Below, piece by piece: positions 20,175 through 30,726 of a stretch of DNA of 64,000 nt. The DNA is taken from positions 52,177 to 116,176 of the forward strand of contig JBGPFC010000009.1 of assembly GCA_041483195.1 (NCBI GenBank). Reading direction: 5' to 3'. The stretch is from Candidatus Eiseniibacteriota bacterium. Its GTDB lineage: Bacteria > Eisenbacteria > RBG-16-71-46. How positions within the stretch are numbered: position 1 is the first letter of the stretch; each line of letters starts with the position of its first letter. Under the pieces are notes generated by a model. It saw only the letters and a program-made list of their open reading frames with translations, did not search any database and was not told where the DNA came from. The translations under genes were made by a program, and so were the position numbers.

Positions 20175-21980
20175 CTACAGCAGCTCGGTGTAGGCCTTGA
20201 GCCGCCGGCTCCGCGTCGGATGCCGCAGCTTGCGCAGCGCCTTCGCCTCGATTTGACGGATGCGCTCGCGGGTGACGTTGAAGAACGCCCCCACCTCCTC
20301 GAGCGTGCGCTGCGCGCCGTCCTCGGTGAGGCCGAACCGCAGGCGAATGACCTTCGCCTCCCGCGGGGTGAGCGTGCGCAGCACGTCGTTCACCTCGTCG
20401 CGCAGCATCGCGGACGCCGCGGAATGCGCCGGGCTCACGACGCTGGTGTCCTCGATGAAGTCGCCGAGGTTGGAATCGTCGTCCTCGCCGATCGGGCGAT
20501 CGAGCGAGATGGGCTCCTGCGCCGCTTTCAGGATGCTCTTCACCTTGTCGACCGGCAGTTCCAGCCGCTCCGCGATCTCCTCGGGGGTCGGCTCGCGGCC
20601 CAACTCCTGGACCAGCCGCCGCGACACGCGGACCACGCGGTTGATGTGCTCGATCATGTGGACGGGCACCCGGATGGTGCGCGCCTGATCGGCGATCGCG
20701 CGGGTGATCGCCTGCCGAATCCACCACGTCGCGTAGGTCGAGAATTTGTATCCCTTGGTGTAGTCGAACTTGTCGACGGCGCGCATCAGCCCCGAATTAC
20801 CCTCCTGGATGAGATCCAGGAACTCGAGTCCGCGATTCGTGTAGCGCTTGGCGATCGAGATGACGAGCCGCACGTTCGCCTCGATCATCTCCTTCTTGGC
20901 CTGACCGGTGGCGCGCTCGCCGTCCTTGATCTGGCGGTAGAGCTCGAGCAGGTGGTCGCGCACCATTTTCGCCTCGTCCTCGATGCGCTTCACTTCCTTC
21001 TTCGCGTTCTTGATCTCGTTCATGAACTCGGCGATCTGCGCCGGCTGCAGGTTCGAATCGCGGCGCACCGCGCGGAGCTCGCGCGGGCCGCGCTTGAGCC
21101 GCCGAGCGAACCCGTTCATGTCCTCGACGCTGTGCCCGAACCGGCGCTCGAGCATCGCGACCACGTCGTCCACCTCGAGCAGCCGCTCGGCGAGCTCCTT
21201 GATCGGGGAGGCCAGCCCTTCGACCATCCGCGGATTCATCGAGAGCTTGTGGATCTCCTGTGTCAGCTCGGCCTCGACCTTCGCGAAATTCGCCTGCAGC
21301 GACGAGCGCCGCCGTTCGAGCATGCGCGCGTCCTGGCGCGCGAGCATGTCGTTGTAGCGTTTCTGCAGGACGAAGACGCGCTCGAGGATCTTGACCGCGC
21401 GCAGGCGCTCCTTCTTGAGCGCCTGCTCGGTCACCGCGTTCTCGTCGACCTTGATGAAGTCCTCGATCTTGAGCAGGCCCTCCTTGAGCTTCTTCAGCAT
21501 GGCCCGGATGTCGCGAACCGCCGGCTCGGCGCGGAAGAGCGCGGACACCACCTGGCGCTCGCCGGCCTCGATGCGCCGCGCGATCTCGACCTCGCCCTCG
21601 CGGGTGAGCAGCGGCACGCGTCCCATCTCGCGCAGATACATTCGCACCGGATCGTCGTAGCGCACCGGCTGCTGCGGCACCGCCTTGCTCGAAACCGCGG
21701 GCTTCTTGTCCTCGATCTTGCGGAGCTTCTTGATCCGTTCCTGGGCCTCTTCTTCGCTGGCAAACACCTCGATGTGCATCTGGTTCAGCATCGCGTGGAT
21801 CTCTTCCATCTGATCCACCTGAGCCTCGGGGTCCTGGTCGTCATCGAGGAGCCACACCACCTGATCCTCGGTGACGTAGCCCTGGCGCAACGCAAGCGAC
21901 TTGATCTCCTCCATGCGCTTGCGCTGCTCGGCCTTCGCCTTCTGCTTGATTTCCTTGTTCTTCGCAGCGACTGAGGTCAT
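20175..21980 (-). CDS. rpoD: RNA polymerase primary sigma factor
   Basis: [54 protein letters not shown]. Confidence 0.98.
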   Translation of the reverse strand: MTSVAAKNKEIKQKAKAEQRKRMEEIKSLALRQGYVTEDQVVWLLDDDQDPEAQVDQMEEIHAMLNQMHIEVFASEEEAQERIKKLRKIEDKKPAVSSKAVPQQPVRYDDPVRMYLREMGRVPLLTREGEVEIARRIEAGERQVVSALFRAEPAVRDIRAMLKKLKEGLLKIEDFIKVDENAVTEQALKKERLRAVKILERVFVLQKRYNDMLARQDARMLERRRSSLQANFAKVEAELTQEIHKLSMNPRMVEGLASPIKELAERLLEVDDVVAMLERRFGHSVEDMNGFARRLKRGPRELRAVRRDSNLQPAQIAEFMNEIKNAKKEVKRIEDEAKMVRDHLLELYRQIKDGERATGQAKKEMIEANVRLVISIAKRYTNRGLEFLDLIQEGNSGLMRAVDKFDYTKGYKFSTYATWWIRQAITRAIADQARTIRVPVHMIEHINRVVRVSRRLVQELGREPTPEEIAERLELPVDKVKSILKAAQEPISLDRPIGEDDDSNLGDFIEDTSVVSPAHSAASAMLRDEVNDVLRTLTPREAKVIRLRFGLTEDGAQRTLEEVGAFFNVTRERIRQIEAKALRKLRHPTRSRRLKAYTELL

Positions 21981-21996
21981 GAACGCGGATCTCCTT

Positions 21997-23769
21997 TTAT
22001 GTGCTGCTGAGGTCCTTCAGAGAGCGTGCGATCTCGTAGATTTCCTGGCTGAGCCGCCGTTCCGTGTCGGGGTCGGCGGCGGAGCGTCTCAATTCCAACT
22101 CGCGCTCGTGCTTGTGCTGCCGGAGGCGGCGCACGACCAGCTGCCGCGCGGCGCCCCGCGCCTCCGCCTCCCAGTCACGTTCATCAGCGGCCGAAGCTGA
22201 AAGCTCGCGCGCCAGCGCGGCCGCAGCTTCATCCTCGGGGAAGCCCGAGCCCGCCGACCACAGCCATTGCGCGAGCGTCGCGCACGCGGGGTCGCGGAAA
22301 TCGGCGGGACCGACCTCGTCGCGCACCGCGTCGAGCGCGGCGGGGGCCTGCAATATCGACTGCAGCAGCAGGCCCTCGATGCTCTGCTCCTGCCGGCGCT
22401 GCTCGCGCACCGCGGCGGCCAGCGGCCGCTCCGCGCCCTGTCCGGTCTTCTTCAGCGCCAGGGCGCGGTGCAGCACCGACTCGGCGATGCCGAGCACCTG
22501 CTCGGCGCGCTCGAACAGCAGTTTCACACGGATCGGATCCTGGACCGCGGCGCCGAGCGTCACCACCGCCTGCAGCGCGCGCTCGCGCGGGTCGCCGCTC
22601 CCGCCCGCCCGCAGTACGTGCCGGTGAACGAACTCGACCGGATCCGCCGCCTGCGCGCGCAGCGCCGTCCAGGCCGCGGTCCCGCCCCGGCGCACCAGCG
22701 TGTCGGGATCGTCGCCCTGCGGGAGATCGACCACGCTCACGGCCAGTCCTTCGCCGAGCAGCACGCCCAGCGATCGCATCATCGCGTCGCGACCCGCCGC
22801 GTCGCCGTCGTACGTGAGCGCGACGCGCGCCACGACGCGCTTGAGCAACCGCGCCTGCTCGGTCGTGAGGGCGGTGCCCGAGGTCGCCACCGCGTGCGCG
22901 AGCCCGGCCTGATGCAGGGCGATGGCGTCGAAGTAGCCTTCGACCACGATCATCTCGCCATCGGGCTCGACCCGCCGCCGCGCCTGATCGAGCGCGAACA
23001 GGAAGCCGCTCTTGTGGTAGAGCGGCGTCTCCGGGGAGTTGAGATACTTGGGCTGATCCTCCGCCGCGAGCGCCCGTGCTCCGAATCCCACGACCGTGCC
23101 GCCCGGGATCTGAAGCGGCACCATGAGCCGGTTGCGAAACCGGTCGTAGTGCCCGCCGCGCGGAGGACCCCCCTCGTCGGGAGAGCGGCGCGGCACCGTG
23201 AGGCCCGCCTGCACCAGCAGCTCGTCCGTGACCCGGCCCCGCAGCCGCTGCGTGAGCTGTTCCCATCCCGCCGGCGCGAGACCCAGGCGGAACGCGCGCT
23301 GCGTCTCGCGCGTGATGCCGCGGCGGTCGAGGTAGGCGCGCGCTTCCGCTCCGATCGCGGGATCGCCGAGCCATTGTTCGTATGCCGTGGCGGCCGCCTC
23401 CAGCGCGTCCTCGAGTCGCGCGCGCACGCCGCGTTCGGGCCCCGCGCCACGCCGTTCGGGCACGGCGATCCCGGCTCGCCGACTCAGCAGCTCCACCGCC
23501 TCGAGGAACCCCACCTTCTCGGTTTCCTGCACGAACTTGAAGACGTCCCCTCCCGCCTTGCAGCTGAAGCAGTGATAGAACTGACGCTCCGCGTTGACCG
23601 AGAACGAACCCGTCTTCTCCTGGTGAAAAGGACAGAGCCCCACCCAGTTGCGCCCCACGCGCTTCAGGCCGACGCTCTCGCGCACGATTTCGACGATGTC
23701 GCTCGCGGCGCGCACGCGTTCCACCCAGTCGTCCGCGCCGCGCGTGCCGCGTCCTCCGATCGTGTTCAT
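21997..23769 (-). CDS. dnaG: DNA primase
   Basis: CPFHQEK zinc finger, [25 protein letters not shown]. Confidence 0.97.
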   Translation of the reverse strand: MNTIGGRGTRGADDWVERVRAASDIVEIVRESVGLKRVGRNWVGLCPFHQEKTGSFSVNAERQFYHCFSCKAGGDVFKFVQETEKVGFLEAVELLSRRAGIAVPERRGAGPERGVRARLEDALEAAATAYEQWLGDPAIGAEARAYLDRRGITRETQRAFRLGLAPAGWEQLTQRLRGRVTDELLVQAGLTVPRRSPDEGGPPRGGHYDRFRNRLMVPLQIPGGTVVGFGARALAAEDQPKYLNSPETPLYHKSGFLFALDQARRRVEPDGEMIVVEGYFDAIALHQAGLAHAVATSGTALTTEQARLLKRVVARVALTYDGDAAGRDAMMRSLGVLLGEGLAVSVVDLPQGDDPDTLVRRGGTAAWTALRAQAADPVEFVHRHVLRAGGSGDPRERALQAVVTLGAAVQDPIRVKLLFERAEQVLGIAESVLHRALALKKTGQGAERPLAAAVREQRRQEQSIEGLLLQSILQAPAALDAVRDEVGPADFRDPACATLAQWLWSAGSGFPEDEAAAALARELSASAADERDWEAEARGAARQLVVRRLRQHKHERELELRRSAADPDTERRLSQEIYEIARSLKDLSST

Positions 23770-23774
23770 GGCGC

Positions 23775-26144
23775 TCACCGCAGCGTCACCACGGTGACGC
23801 CCCTTCCGCCTTCGCCGATCGCGCCGAGACGGTGCGATGCGATCTGCGGATGGCCTCGAAGATGGCGCTCGACCGCGGCGCGCAACACGCCGCGTCCGAC
23901 GCCGTGCACGATGCGAATCTCGCCCAGCCCCGCGACCACCGCGCGATCCAGACCTTGATCGAGCGCGCTCAACGCTTCGTCCACCTCCATGCCCCGCAGC
24001 TGGATCTCGAGCGCCGGGGCCTCTTCGGAAGCGGACCAGGTCGCGCCGCCGTTCGCGGGACCCTGCGGAGCCTTCGGGCCTTCGTCGCCCCCCGGGCGCG
24101 CGAGCCGGCTCACGTGGCTCTGAATGCTCCAGCTCCCGCGCCGCAACCCGACCTTGCCTTCCGAATCGGGCGCGCTCACGACCTCCGCCTCGACGCCGAG
24201 ATCCAGGACCCGCACGCGCTGCCCTACCTCGACCGCGAACGGCGCGGACGGAGCGCCCGCCGGCGCCCCGAGCGCGGCCGCCGCCTCGCGGTCGATCGCG
24301 GCCGCGTCCCGCTCGAGCGCCACGATCCGGTCGCGCACCTCGTCGGCGCTCGCGCGGCGTTTCTCGGCGCGTCGCGCCTCGCGCTGCACGGTCTGCCACA
24401 GTTCGCGCGCGTTCGCCAGCAATCCCTCGCTCTCGCGGGTGAGCCTGCGCCGCAGCGCCTCGAGCTCGCGGCGCGAGGCCTCGGTCTGATCGCGATGGCG
24501 CGACGCCTCGGTCGCGGCCTCCGCGCGCGCGGCGTCCAGCGACGCGAGCTCGCGCTCCATGCGCCGCTGGGTCTCGTCGAGCGAGGCGAGCAGGCATTCG
24601 AGCTCGCGCACCGAATCGGGCGTCAGGGCGCGCGCGCGCTCGATCAGGGCCGGCGGAAATCCGAGCCGTGCCGCCACCGCGAGGGCGTGGCTCGCGCCCG
24701 GGATGCCGGGGCGGAAGCGGTAGTGCGAGACCAGCGTCTCTGCGTCGAACTCCAGCGAGCCGCTGGCCACACCCGGCACCTCGCCCGGCACACGCTTGAG
24801 GCTCCCCAGATGGGTCGTGACCACGCCCCATGCGCGGCGCTCCGCGAAGTGCTCGAGCAGCGAGCGGCCCAGCGCGGCGCCCTCGTCGGGGTCGGTGCCG
24901 GCTCCGAGTTCGTCGCACAGCAGCAGGCTGCCCGGGCCTGCGCGCTCGGACATCGCGCGCAGCGTCTGCAGGTGCGCGGCGAAGGTGGACAGCCCCTGCT
25001 CCACGGATTGCTCGTCGCCGAGATCTGCGAGCATCGTGTCGATCTCCGGCAGGGCGCTGCCTTCGTCCGCAGGCACCGGCAGCGCGGCGTGCGCCATCGC
25101 CACCGCCAGCCCCACCGTCTTCATGAGCACCGTCTTTCCGCCCATGTTGGGCCCGCTCACCAGCAGCAGACGCGCGTCGGGGCCGAGCTCGAGATCGAGC
25201 GGAACGATCGCGCCGGCGCGCTCGCCCATCATCATGAGCGGGTGCCGGGCGCGCCGCAGTCGCAGGCGGTCGCCGCCGGGATCGAGCGCGATCGCATCGA
25301 ACTCGCGCGCCCATCGCGCGCGGGCCCTCAGCGTGTCGAGCTTCACCAGGGCGGCTTCGAGCGCGGCGAGCGGCTCCGCGGCATCGAGCACCGCCGACGC
25401 CAGCTCGCGCAGCACCCGCCGCTCCTCTTCCTGGGCGAGCGCGCGAAGCTCGATCAACCGGTTGTTCGCCTCGCACATCTCGAGCGGCTCGACGAACAAC
25501 GACTGCCCGCTCCCGGACACGTCGTGCACCAGCCCTCGCCGGCGCGGAAACCCCGCGGCGGGCACCAGCGCGACGAACCGTTCGCCGTGGCGCGTGACGT
25601 AGGCATTCTCACCGAAAGCGCCGGCCCAGCGCGTGAGCCGCGATTCCAGGTCGCGCTCGCCTCCCGCCAGGGCGGAGCGGGCCCGCCGCAGCGCCGGAGA
25701 GGCGCCGTCGCTCACACGCCCGTCCGGCTCGAGCGCGACGGCGAGACGCCCGCGCAGGGCTTCGAGCCGCGGGATGGCCTGGACGATCGCCGCGAGCTCC
25801 GGGTACCGCGGAGCGGCCTGCTCGCCCGACCACGCGACTCGCGTCTCTTCCCCGGCGAGGAGCCAGGTCCCGACCTCGACCAGCCCCGGTCCATCGAGAG
25901 CGTCCACGCGCTCGCGATCGAGCCTCGGCCCCAATTCGCCCCGCCCGACCGCACACCACGCCTCGGGCTCGCCCTGCCGCCGGATGGCCTCGGCGAGCAC
26001 CGCGTTCTCGCGACTGCGCGCCGCGCGCTCCGCGAACGGGCGCCACGCCGAGAGGGAAGCGCGCGCGCGCGAGCTGTCGGCACGCGCAGCGATGGCTGCC
26101 GTCACGCGATCGAACTCCAGGAGTTGAAGGGAATGCGCGTCCAC
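23775..26144 (-). CDS. mutS2: Endonuclease MutS2
   Basis: GPNMGGKT, LSTFAAH, DELGAGTDP, TTH; C-terminal Smr domain IVHGVGRG. Confidence 0.95.
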   Translation of the reverse strand: MDAHSLQLLEFDRVTAAIAARADSSRARASLSAWRPFAERAARSRENAVLAEAIRRQGEPEAWCAVGRGELGPRLDRERVDALDGPGLVEVGTWLLAGEETRVAWSGEQAAPRYPELAAIVQAIPRLEALRGRLAVALEPDGRVSDGASPALRRARSALAGGERDLESRLTRWAGAFGENAYVTRHGERFVALVPAAGFPRRRGLVHDVSGSGQSLFVEPLEMCEANNRLIELRALAQEEERRVLRELASAVLDAAEPLAALEAALVKLDTLRARARWAREFDAIALDPGGDRLRLRRARHPLMMMGERAGAIVPLDLELGPDARLLLVSGPNMGGKTVLMKTVGLAVAMAHAALPVPADEGSALPEIDTMLADLGDEQSVEQGLSTFAAHLQTLRAMSERAGPGSLLLCDELGAGTDPDEGAALGRSLLEHFAERRAWGVVTTHLGSLKRVPGEVPGVASGSLEFDAETLVSHYRFRPGIPGASHALAVAARLGFPPALIERARALTPDSVRELECLLASLDETQRRMERELASLDAARAEAATEASRHRDQTEASRRELEALRRRLTRESEGLLANARELWQTVQREARRAEKRRASADEVRDRIVALERDAAAIDREAAAALGAPAGAPSAPFAVEVGQRVRVLDLGVEAEVVSAPDSEGKVGLRRGSWSIQSHVSRLARPGGDEGPKAPQGPANGGATWSASEEAPALEIQLRGMEVDEALSALDQGLDRAVVAGLGEIRIVHGVGRGVLRAAVERHLRGHPQIASHRLGAIGEGGRGVTVVTLR

Positions 26145-26182
26145 GCCGTTCCTAACCGACGTCCGGGTTCAGCGCTCGACGC

Positions 26183-26755
26183 TCAGGAATGCCGGGACTG
26201 CGCGTGCGCCCGCCGCTGAGCCGAAAGGAATCGTTGCCTGAGCCAGCTGCTGCCGGGGAAGTACCGGCTGTCGAAATTGCACGCCTGCGCGCCGCCCGCC
26301 ATAAGCGGCGGTGCGCAGCGTGCGCCGGACGCCGCATGACTCACGGCGCGCGGCCACGTGGTGAGGAGCGCGCCCATCACGAGCAGACTCGCCACCGCCA
26401 CCCCGAGCGCGGCGCCGACGACGACGCCGCCGATGCGATCGAGCCAACCCACTGGGCTCTTCTTCACGGCGGCGCTCAACAAGTCGCCCCACCACTGGAA
26501 CAACGCGGCCGCCGCAAGGCCCGCGAGACCCGCGACCAGCCAGCGCAACGCCAGAAACACGACAGCGGGCCGGGCAGACTGCCAATGCTGACCGACCCAC
26601 TGCGCGACCCAGCCTGCAACCCACAGACCCGCGAGCAGTCCGAGGAGTGCGAAGATCTGCCCGACCGTTCCGCGCACGAGTCCGCGCACGGCGAATAGAA
26701 TCACGAGCAGAACGATCAGCCAGTCGAGCGTTGTCCAGCTACGAAACCAGTCCAG
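26183..26755 (-). CDS. cvpA: CvpA family membrane protein
   Basis: LDWLIVLLVIL...RGLVRG and WLDRIGG motifs; the family N-terminus lies upstream of GTG 26704, so a CTG start at 26755 is proposed. Confidence 0.8.
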   Translation of the reverse strand: MDWFRSWTTLDWLIVLLVILFAVRGLVRGTVGQIFALLGLLAGLWVAGWVAQWVGQHWQSARPAVVFLALRWLVAGLAGLAAAALFQWWGDLLSAAVKKSPVGWLDRIGGVVVGAALGVAVASLLVMGALLTTWPRAVSHAASGARCAPPLMAGGAQACNFDSRYFPGSSWLRQRFLSAQRRAHAQSRHS

Positions 26756-26760
26756 TTCGG

Positions 26761-26955
26761 CTAGTTCTCCTGCTGACGCCGCGCGATGTTCTTACGCTTC
26801 GCCGCGTTCAATTTGCGCTTGCGACGCTCGCTCGGCTTCTCGAAGTGCTGATGGCGTCGCAAGTCCGAAAGGACACCGGCCTTCTCACACTTCTTCTTGA
26901 AACGGCGCAGGGCACTCTCGAAGGACTCTCCATCCTTCACCCTGATTCCGGGCAA
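26761..26955 (-). CDS. rpsU: 30S ribosomal protein S21
   Basis: [26 protein letters not shown] start with GAGGGGG SD. Confidence 0.97.
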   Translation of the reverse strand: MPGIRVKDGESFESALRRFKKKCEKAGVLSDLRRHQHFEKPSERRKRKLNAAKRKNIARRQQEN

Positions 26956-27057
26956 TAAATCCCCCCCTCTCAGCCGTCGAAGAGCTTCGGAAATCGAATT
27001 GCGGAATGCATAACGAACGCGCCCCCGGAGACCCGCAGGCGCGAAGCTGGCAGTGGC

Positions 27058-27086
27058 AGTCTATGGCGCGAGTTCGCGCGCGTCAA
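27058..27086 (-). promoter_or_regulatory. sigma70-type promoter of rpsU operon
   Basis: TTGACG-17 nt-TAGACT. Confidence 0.7.
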
Positions 27087-27152
27087 GCCCGCGTCGCGAC
27101 CCGGGCTTCCGAGCGTTCATCGAGCCGGCACCGCTCCGGCGGGAGGTCGCGA

Positions 27153-27863
27153 CTACTGCCCGCCCGCGGCCCACCACGCCGCCCAGGCCAGGGCCGCGGT
27201 TTCCGTCCTTAAGCGACCGTCCGAAAGGCACATAGGCACGAACCGGGCGGCCTCGAGCGAAGTCGATTCGGCGTGGGTGAACCCCCCGGCCGGCCCGATC
27301 GCCCCGACCCAGAGGCCTTCGGAGTGCCCGGCACCCCCGGGAGGACGACCCCCCATGCTCGCGAGCGAGCGGGAGCATTCGCGGGGCAGCTCGCCCAGTC
27401 CGGCTTCGATCCCGAGGGGTTCCCGGATTTCCATGAGAAACCGGCGATGCGATTGGCGAAGCGCCGCGATCGAGAGCCTGCGCCAGCGTTCCAGGCGCTC
27501 GGCGGCGCGCGTCCACTTTCCACGCTCGCACTCGAGCGGCTGAAAGATTTCCACCCCCAGCTCCGCGAGCTTCTCGATCAACCAGTCTGCTCGCTCGCCA
27601 TCCGGAGGGCCGCACCACACCCGGGCACGCCGCACGCGCGCGCCGCGCTCGACGCTCTCCACCTCGGCGCTCGCTTCGCGGTCGAGCGATGCGATCCGCA
27701 GGCGCGCGATCGCGCCGCGCCCATCGGTGGCGCGAACCACGTCGCCGACCCTCGCGCGACACACGCGCGCGAGATAGTGCGCTTCGTCGGGTGAGAGCGC
27801 GACGCGCGACCCGGCGGTCCCGAGTTCGGGAACATAGACGAACGAGGGAGGCTCACCCGCCAA
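27153..27863 (-). CDS. rsmE: 16S rRNA m3U1498 methyltransferase
   Basis: [30 protein letters not shown]. Confidence 0.9.
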   Translation of the reverse strand: MAGEPPSFVYVPELGTAGSRVALSPDEAHYLARVCRARVGDVVRATDGRGAIARLRIASLDREASAEVESVERGARVRRARVWCGPPDGERADWLIEKLAELGVEIFQPLECERGKWTRAAERLERWRRLSIAALRQSHRRFLMEIREPLGIEAGLGELPRECSRSLASMGGRPPGGAGHSEGLWVGAIGPAGGFTHAESTSLEAARFVPMCLSDGRLRTETAALAWAAWWAAGGQ

Positions 27864-29001
27864 AGGCGTCCTTCACCCGCTCGAGCAGCGTCTTGCCCGG
27901 ACGCGGTGGCTTCTGGGTCTCGGCGCCGCGCAGCTCCTCGAGCAGGCGCCGCTCCTCGCCCGACACCTTCCCCGGCACCCAGATCACGATTCGCGAGCGC
28001 AGGTCGCCGCGTCCGCCGCCGCGCAGCGCGGGCAGTCCGCGCCCGCGCGACCGGATGACGCGCCCGCTCGGGGAACCGGCGGGCACATCGATGTGCGCCG
28101 TACCGCCCAGCGTCGGCACCTCGACCCTTCCTCCGAGCACGGCGGTCGCGAAATGGATGGGAACGTCGATGAGCAGGTCGTCTCCTTCCCGCTCGAACAC
28201 CGCGTGGGGCTTCTCCTCGATCAGCACGATCAGATCGCCCGCCGGTCCTCCGCGAGGGCCGGCGTCTCCCATTCCGCGCAGCGGGATGAAATTGCCGTTC
28301 GTGACGCCGGCCGGAACCTTCACGGCGAGGGTATCGCTCGCGCTGACGCGCCCGTCCCCGCCGCACGCCCGGCACCTCTCGGTCACGGTGCGCCCCTCTC
28401 CGAGACACGCGGGACAGGTCGCGACGTTCACGAATTGGCCGAAGATCGATTGCTGCACGTGGCGGACCTGCCCGCGCCCCTGGCATTGCGCGCAGACGCT
28501 CTCGCCGCTCCCCCCCTTTCCCCCGCATTCAGCGCAGGGACGGAGGTGGCGCACCCGAATCTTCTTCTCGACCCCGGACGCGATCTCCTCGAGCGTGAGC
28601 TTGAGTCGCAGCTGGAGATCGTCGCCGCGCGCCGCCCCGCGACCGCGCGCGCGGCCGCCACCGAAGATGTCCTCGAAGCCGCCGACGTCACCGCCGAAGT
28701 CGCGCATGAACGCACGCAACGCGTCGGCGAGATCGAAGCCGCTGAAATCGGGGGTCGGCCCCGGCCCGGCCGAGCCGCTCACCCCCGCGTGCCCGAACTG
28801 GTCGTAGCGCGCGCGTTTTTCGGGATCGCGCAGCACCTCGTACGCCTCGGTCGCCTCCTTGAACTTCTGCTCGGTGGCCTTGTCGCCGGGGTTCCGGTCG
28901 GGATGGTTCTCGAACGCGATCTTGCGATAGGCCTTCCGGATCTCCTCCTCCTTCGCGCCCCGTTGCACGCCGAGCACTTCGTAAAAGTCGCGACGTGCCA
29001 C
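27853..29001 (-). CDS. dnaJ: Chaperone DnaJ
   Basis: J-domain HPDRN, G/F region, four CxxCxGxG repeats. Confidence 0.98.
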   Translation of the reverse strand: MARRDFYEVLGVQRGAKEEEIRKAYRKIAFENHPDRNPGDKATEQKFKEATEAYEVLRDPEKRARYDQFGHAGVSGSAGPGPTPDFSGFDLADALRAFMRDFGGDVGGFEDIFGGGRARGRGAARGDDLQLRLKLTLEEIASGVEKKIRVRHLRPCAECGGKGGSGESVCAQCQGRGQVRHVQQSIFGQFVNVATCPACLGEGRTVTERCRACGGDGRVSASDTLAVKVPAGVTNGNFIPLRGMGDAGPRGGPAGDLIVLIEEKPHAVFEREGDDLLIDVPIHFATAVLGGRVEVPTLGGTAHIDVPAGSPSGRVIRSRGRGLPALRGGGRGDLRSRIVIWVPGKVSGEERRLLEELRGAETQKPPRPGKTLLERVKDAFGG

Positions 29002-29646
29002 TTACGCCTCTTCTCCCGCCGGGGCGCGCGCGACCACGACCCGCGCGGCGCGCAGCGCCCGATCTCCGCGCGCGTAGCCGCGGTGCACGACCTGCACCAC
29101 CTGCCCCGGCGCCGCGCCAGGCGGCGCGTCGATCTCGAGCAGCGCTTCGTGGAGGTGAGGATCGAACGGGCGGCCGACCGGGTCGACCTGCACGACGCCG
29201 TAACGGCCGAGGCGCTCGAGGATGCCGTTCGCGGTCAGTCGCACGCCTTCGGTCCACGCGCCGGCCGCTCCCCCCTCGCGCGCGGCGTCGAGCGCGCGCT
29301 CCAGATCGTCGAGCACCGCGATCAGTTCGATCAGCACGCCTTCTTCCGCGGCGCGCCAGGCTTCCTCGCGCTCGCGCGCCGCCCGGCGGCGGAGGTTCTG
29401 GAGCTCGGCCTCCGCTCGCAGCCACCGGTCGCGGAAATCCTCGGCGGCCGGAACCGAAGGCCCGCCCCCCTCATTGGCGGGCGCCTCTGCATCATCCGCG
29501 CGAGTCGGTCCGGGCACGGGCTCGGTCGGGGCCGGAATGCTTTCCTCTGCGAGCTCGCCGGCCGCCGGCGCGGGAGATCCGGGCGCACGCTCGTCCGCGG
29601 GGAGCCCGGTATCCGGGCGCTCCGCCTCGTCGGGCCGGGCGGTCAT
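29002..29646 (-). CDS. grpE: Nucleotide exchange factor GrpE
   Basis: RAEAELQNLRRR, FDPHLHEA, GY...LRAARV. Confidence 0.95.
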   Translation of the reverse strand: MTARPDEAERPDTGLPADERAPGSPAPAAGELAEESIPAPTEPVPGPTRADDAEAPANEGGGPSVPAAEDFRDRWLRAEAELQNLRRRAAREREEAWRAAEEGVLIELIAVLDDLERALDAAREGGAAGAWTEGVRLTANGILERLGRYGVVQVDPVGRPFDPHLHEALLEIDAPPGAAPGQVVQVVHRGYARGDRALRAARVVVARAPAGEEA

Positions 29647-30689
29647 GACGAGAGCAGGTCGGCGACGCGCGCGCCGACGGCATCCACCACGGCGAGGGCC
29701 TGAGCGTAGTCCATCCGCAATGGGCCGAGCACTCCCACCGCGCCGTGAATGGATCCCGGCAGCGGATAGCTCACCAGGCTGCAGCCCGAGAGCGCGCGGT
29801 CCTCGTCGATCCCGATGCGCACCGTGGCGTGCCCCTCGACGCTCGCGACCATGAGGCGATCGAGCGGGGCGCCGGATTCCACGACGCGCAGGATGGAGCC
29901 CAGCCGCGGCGCGCTCGCGAACTCCGGCTGCTCCGCGATGTGCATCGCGCCCGCGCTGTAGAGCGGCGTGGACACCGGCTGCGACCAGCTCGCGCTCGCG
30001 GCCCGCGCGACCATTCGCACCGCGCTGTGCCTGACCAGCTCCGGATCCGCGGCGAGCCGCTGCCTCACCTCGGCCAGCGTGCGCCCCAGCAACCGCTCGC
30101 GCAGCACCCCCGCGACCGCCTCCAGCTGGTCGCGATCGAGCGGACTCTCGAGCGCGAGCGCCAGCGCGCGCACCGCGCTCGGCCCCAGATTCAGCACCAG
30201 GAAAGCATGGCGATCGTCGGCCGCGACCAGATCGAGCCGCGTGAGGGTCTCCCGATCGAGCGAGGCGGCCAGCGCCAGGCCGAGCTGGTGGGTGAGCGTC
30301 GAGAGCAGGCGCGAGGCTTCGTGCAGCAGGTGTTCCACATCGCGCGCCGAGCGCGACAGCGTCTCGTCCACCTGCGCCATGAGCTCCGGCGGCAGCACCG
30401 CGGGCGTGAGCAGGACGCGTACGAAGAACTGATATCCGCGCGCGCTCGGCACCCGGCCGGAGGAGGCGTGGGATCGCTCCAGCAGCCCGATGGTCTCGAG
30501 CTCGGCGAGGGCCCCGCGCAGGCTCGCGGACGAGAGCGAGAAGCCGGCCTGCTGTGCGAGCCGCTCGGAGCCCACCGGGCGCGCGCTCTGCCCGTGGAGA
30601 GTCACCAGCGCCGCGAACACCTCGCGCTGGCGCGGGCTCAAATCGGGGTCCCGTTCGCTGGTGCGGCCGGGGAATGCCGGTTCGGACAT
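29643..30689 (-). CDS. hrcA: Heat-inducible transcription repressor HrcA
   Basis: PVGSE, SSASLR, HASSGRVPS..GY, GVLGPLRMDY. Confidence 0.93.
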   Translation of the reverse strand: MSEPAFPGRTSERDPDLSPRQREVFAALVTLHGQSARPVGSERLAQQAGFSLSSASLRGALAELETIGLLERSHASSGRVPSARGYQFFVRVLLTPAVLPPELMAQVDETLSRSARDVEHLLHEASRLLSTLTHQLGLALAASLDRETLTRLDLVAADDRHAFLVLNLGPSAVRALALALESPLDRDQLEAVAGVLRERLLGRTLAEVRQRLAADPELVRHSAVRMVARAASASWSQPVSTPLYSAGAMHIAEQPEFASAPRLGSILRVVESGAPLDRLMVASVEGHATVRIGIDEDRALSGCSLVSYPLPGSIHGAVGVLGPLRMDYAQALAVVDAVGARVADLLSS

Positions 30690-30696
30690 GATCTCC

Positions 30697-30726
30697 ACGT
30701 TACGGAGCGCGGTCCGCGACTGTCAA
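30697..30726 (-). promoter_or_regulatory. sigma70-type promoter of hrcA (probably leaderless)
   Basis: TTGACA-18 nt-TAACGT, 7 nt before ATG; the -35 contains the hemW TGA stop. Confidence 0.65.

Noticed and set aside
18813..21974. 1053-aa plus-strand ORF (and similar long antisense ORFs at 8290, 11370, 23832, 29745, 32030, 36875)
   Set aside because: Exact antisense shadows of conserved genes in high-GC DNA; Arg/Ala-rich with no family motifs.
21997..25476. Apparent giant N-terminal extensions or fusions in the ORF track (dnaG 1159 aa, rel 1300 aa, dtd 830 aa, glmS 914 aa, hemW 703 aa)
   Set aside because: The extensions are out-of-frame overlaps with real upstream genes; true starts lie at the family N-terminal motifs.
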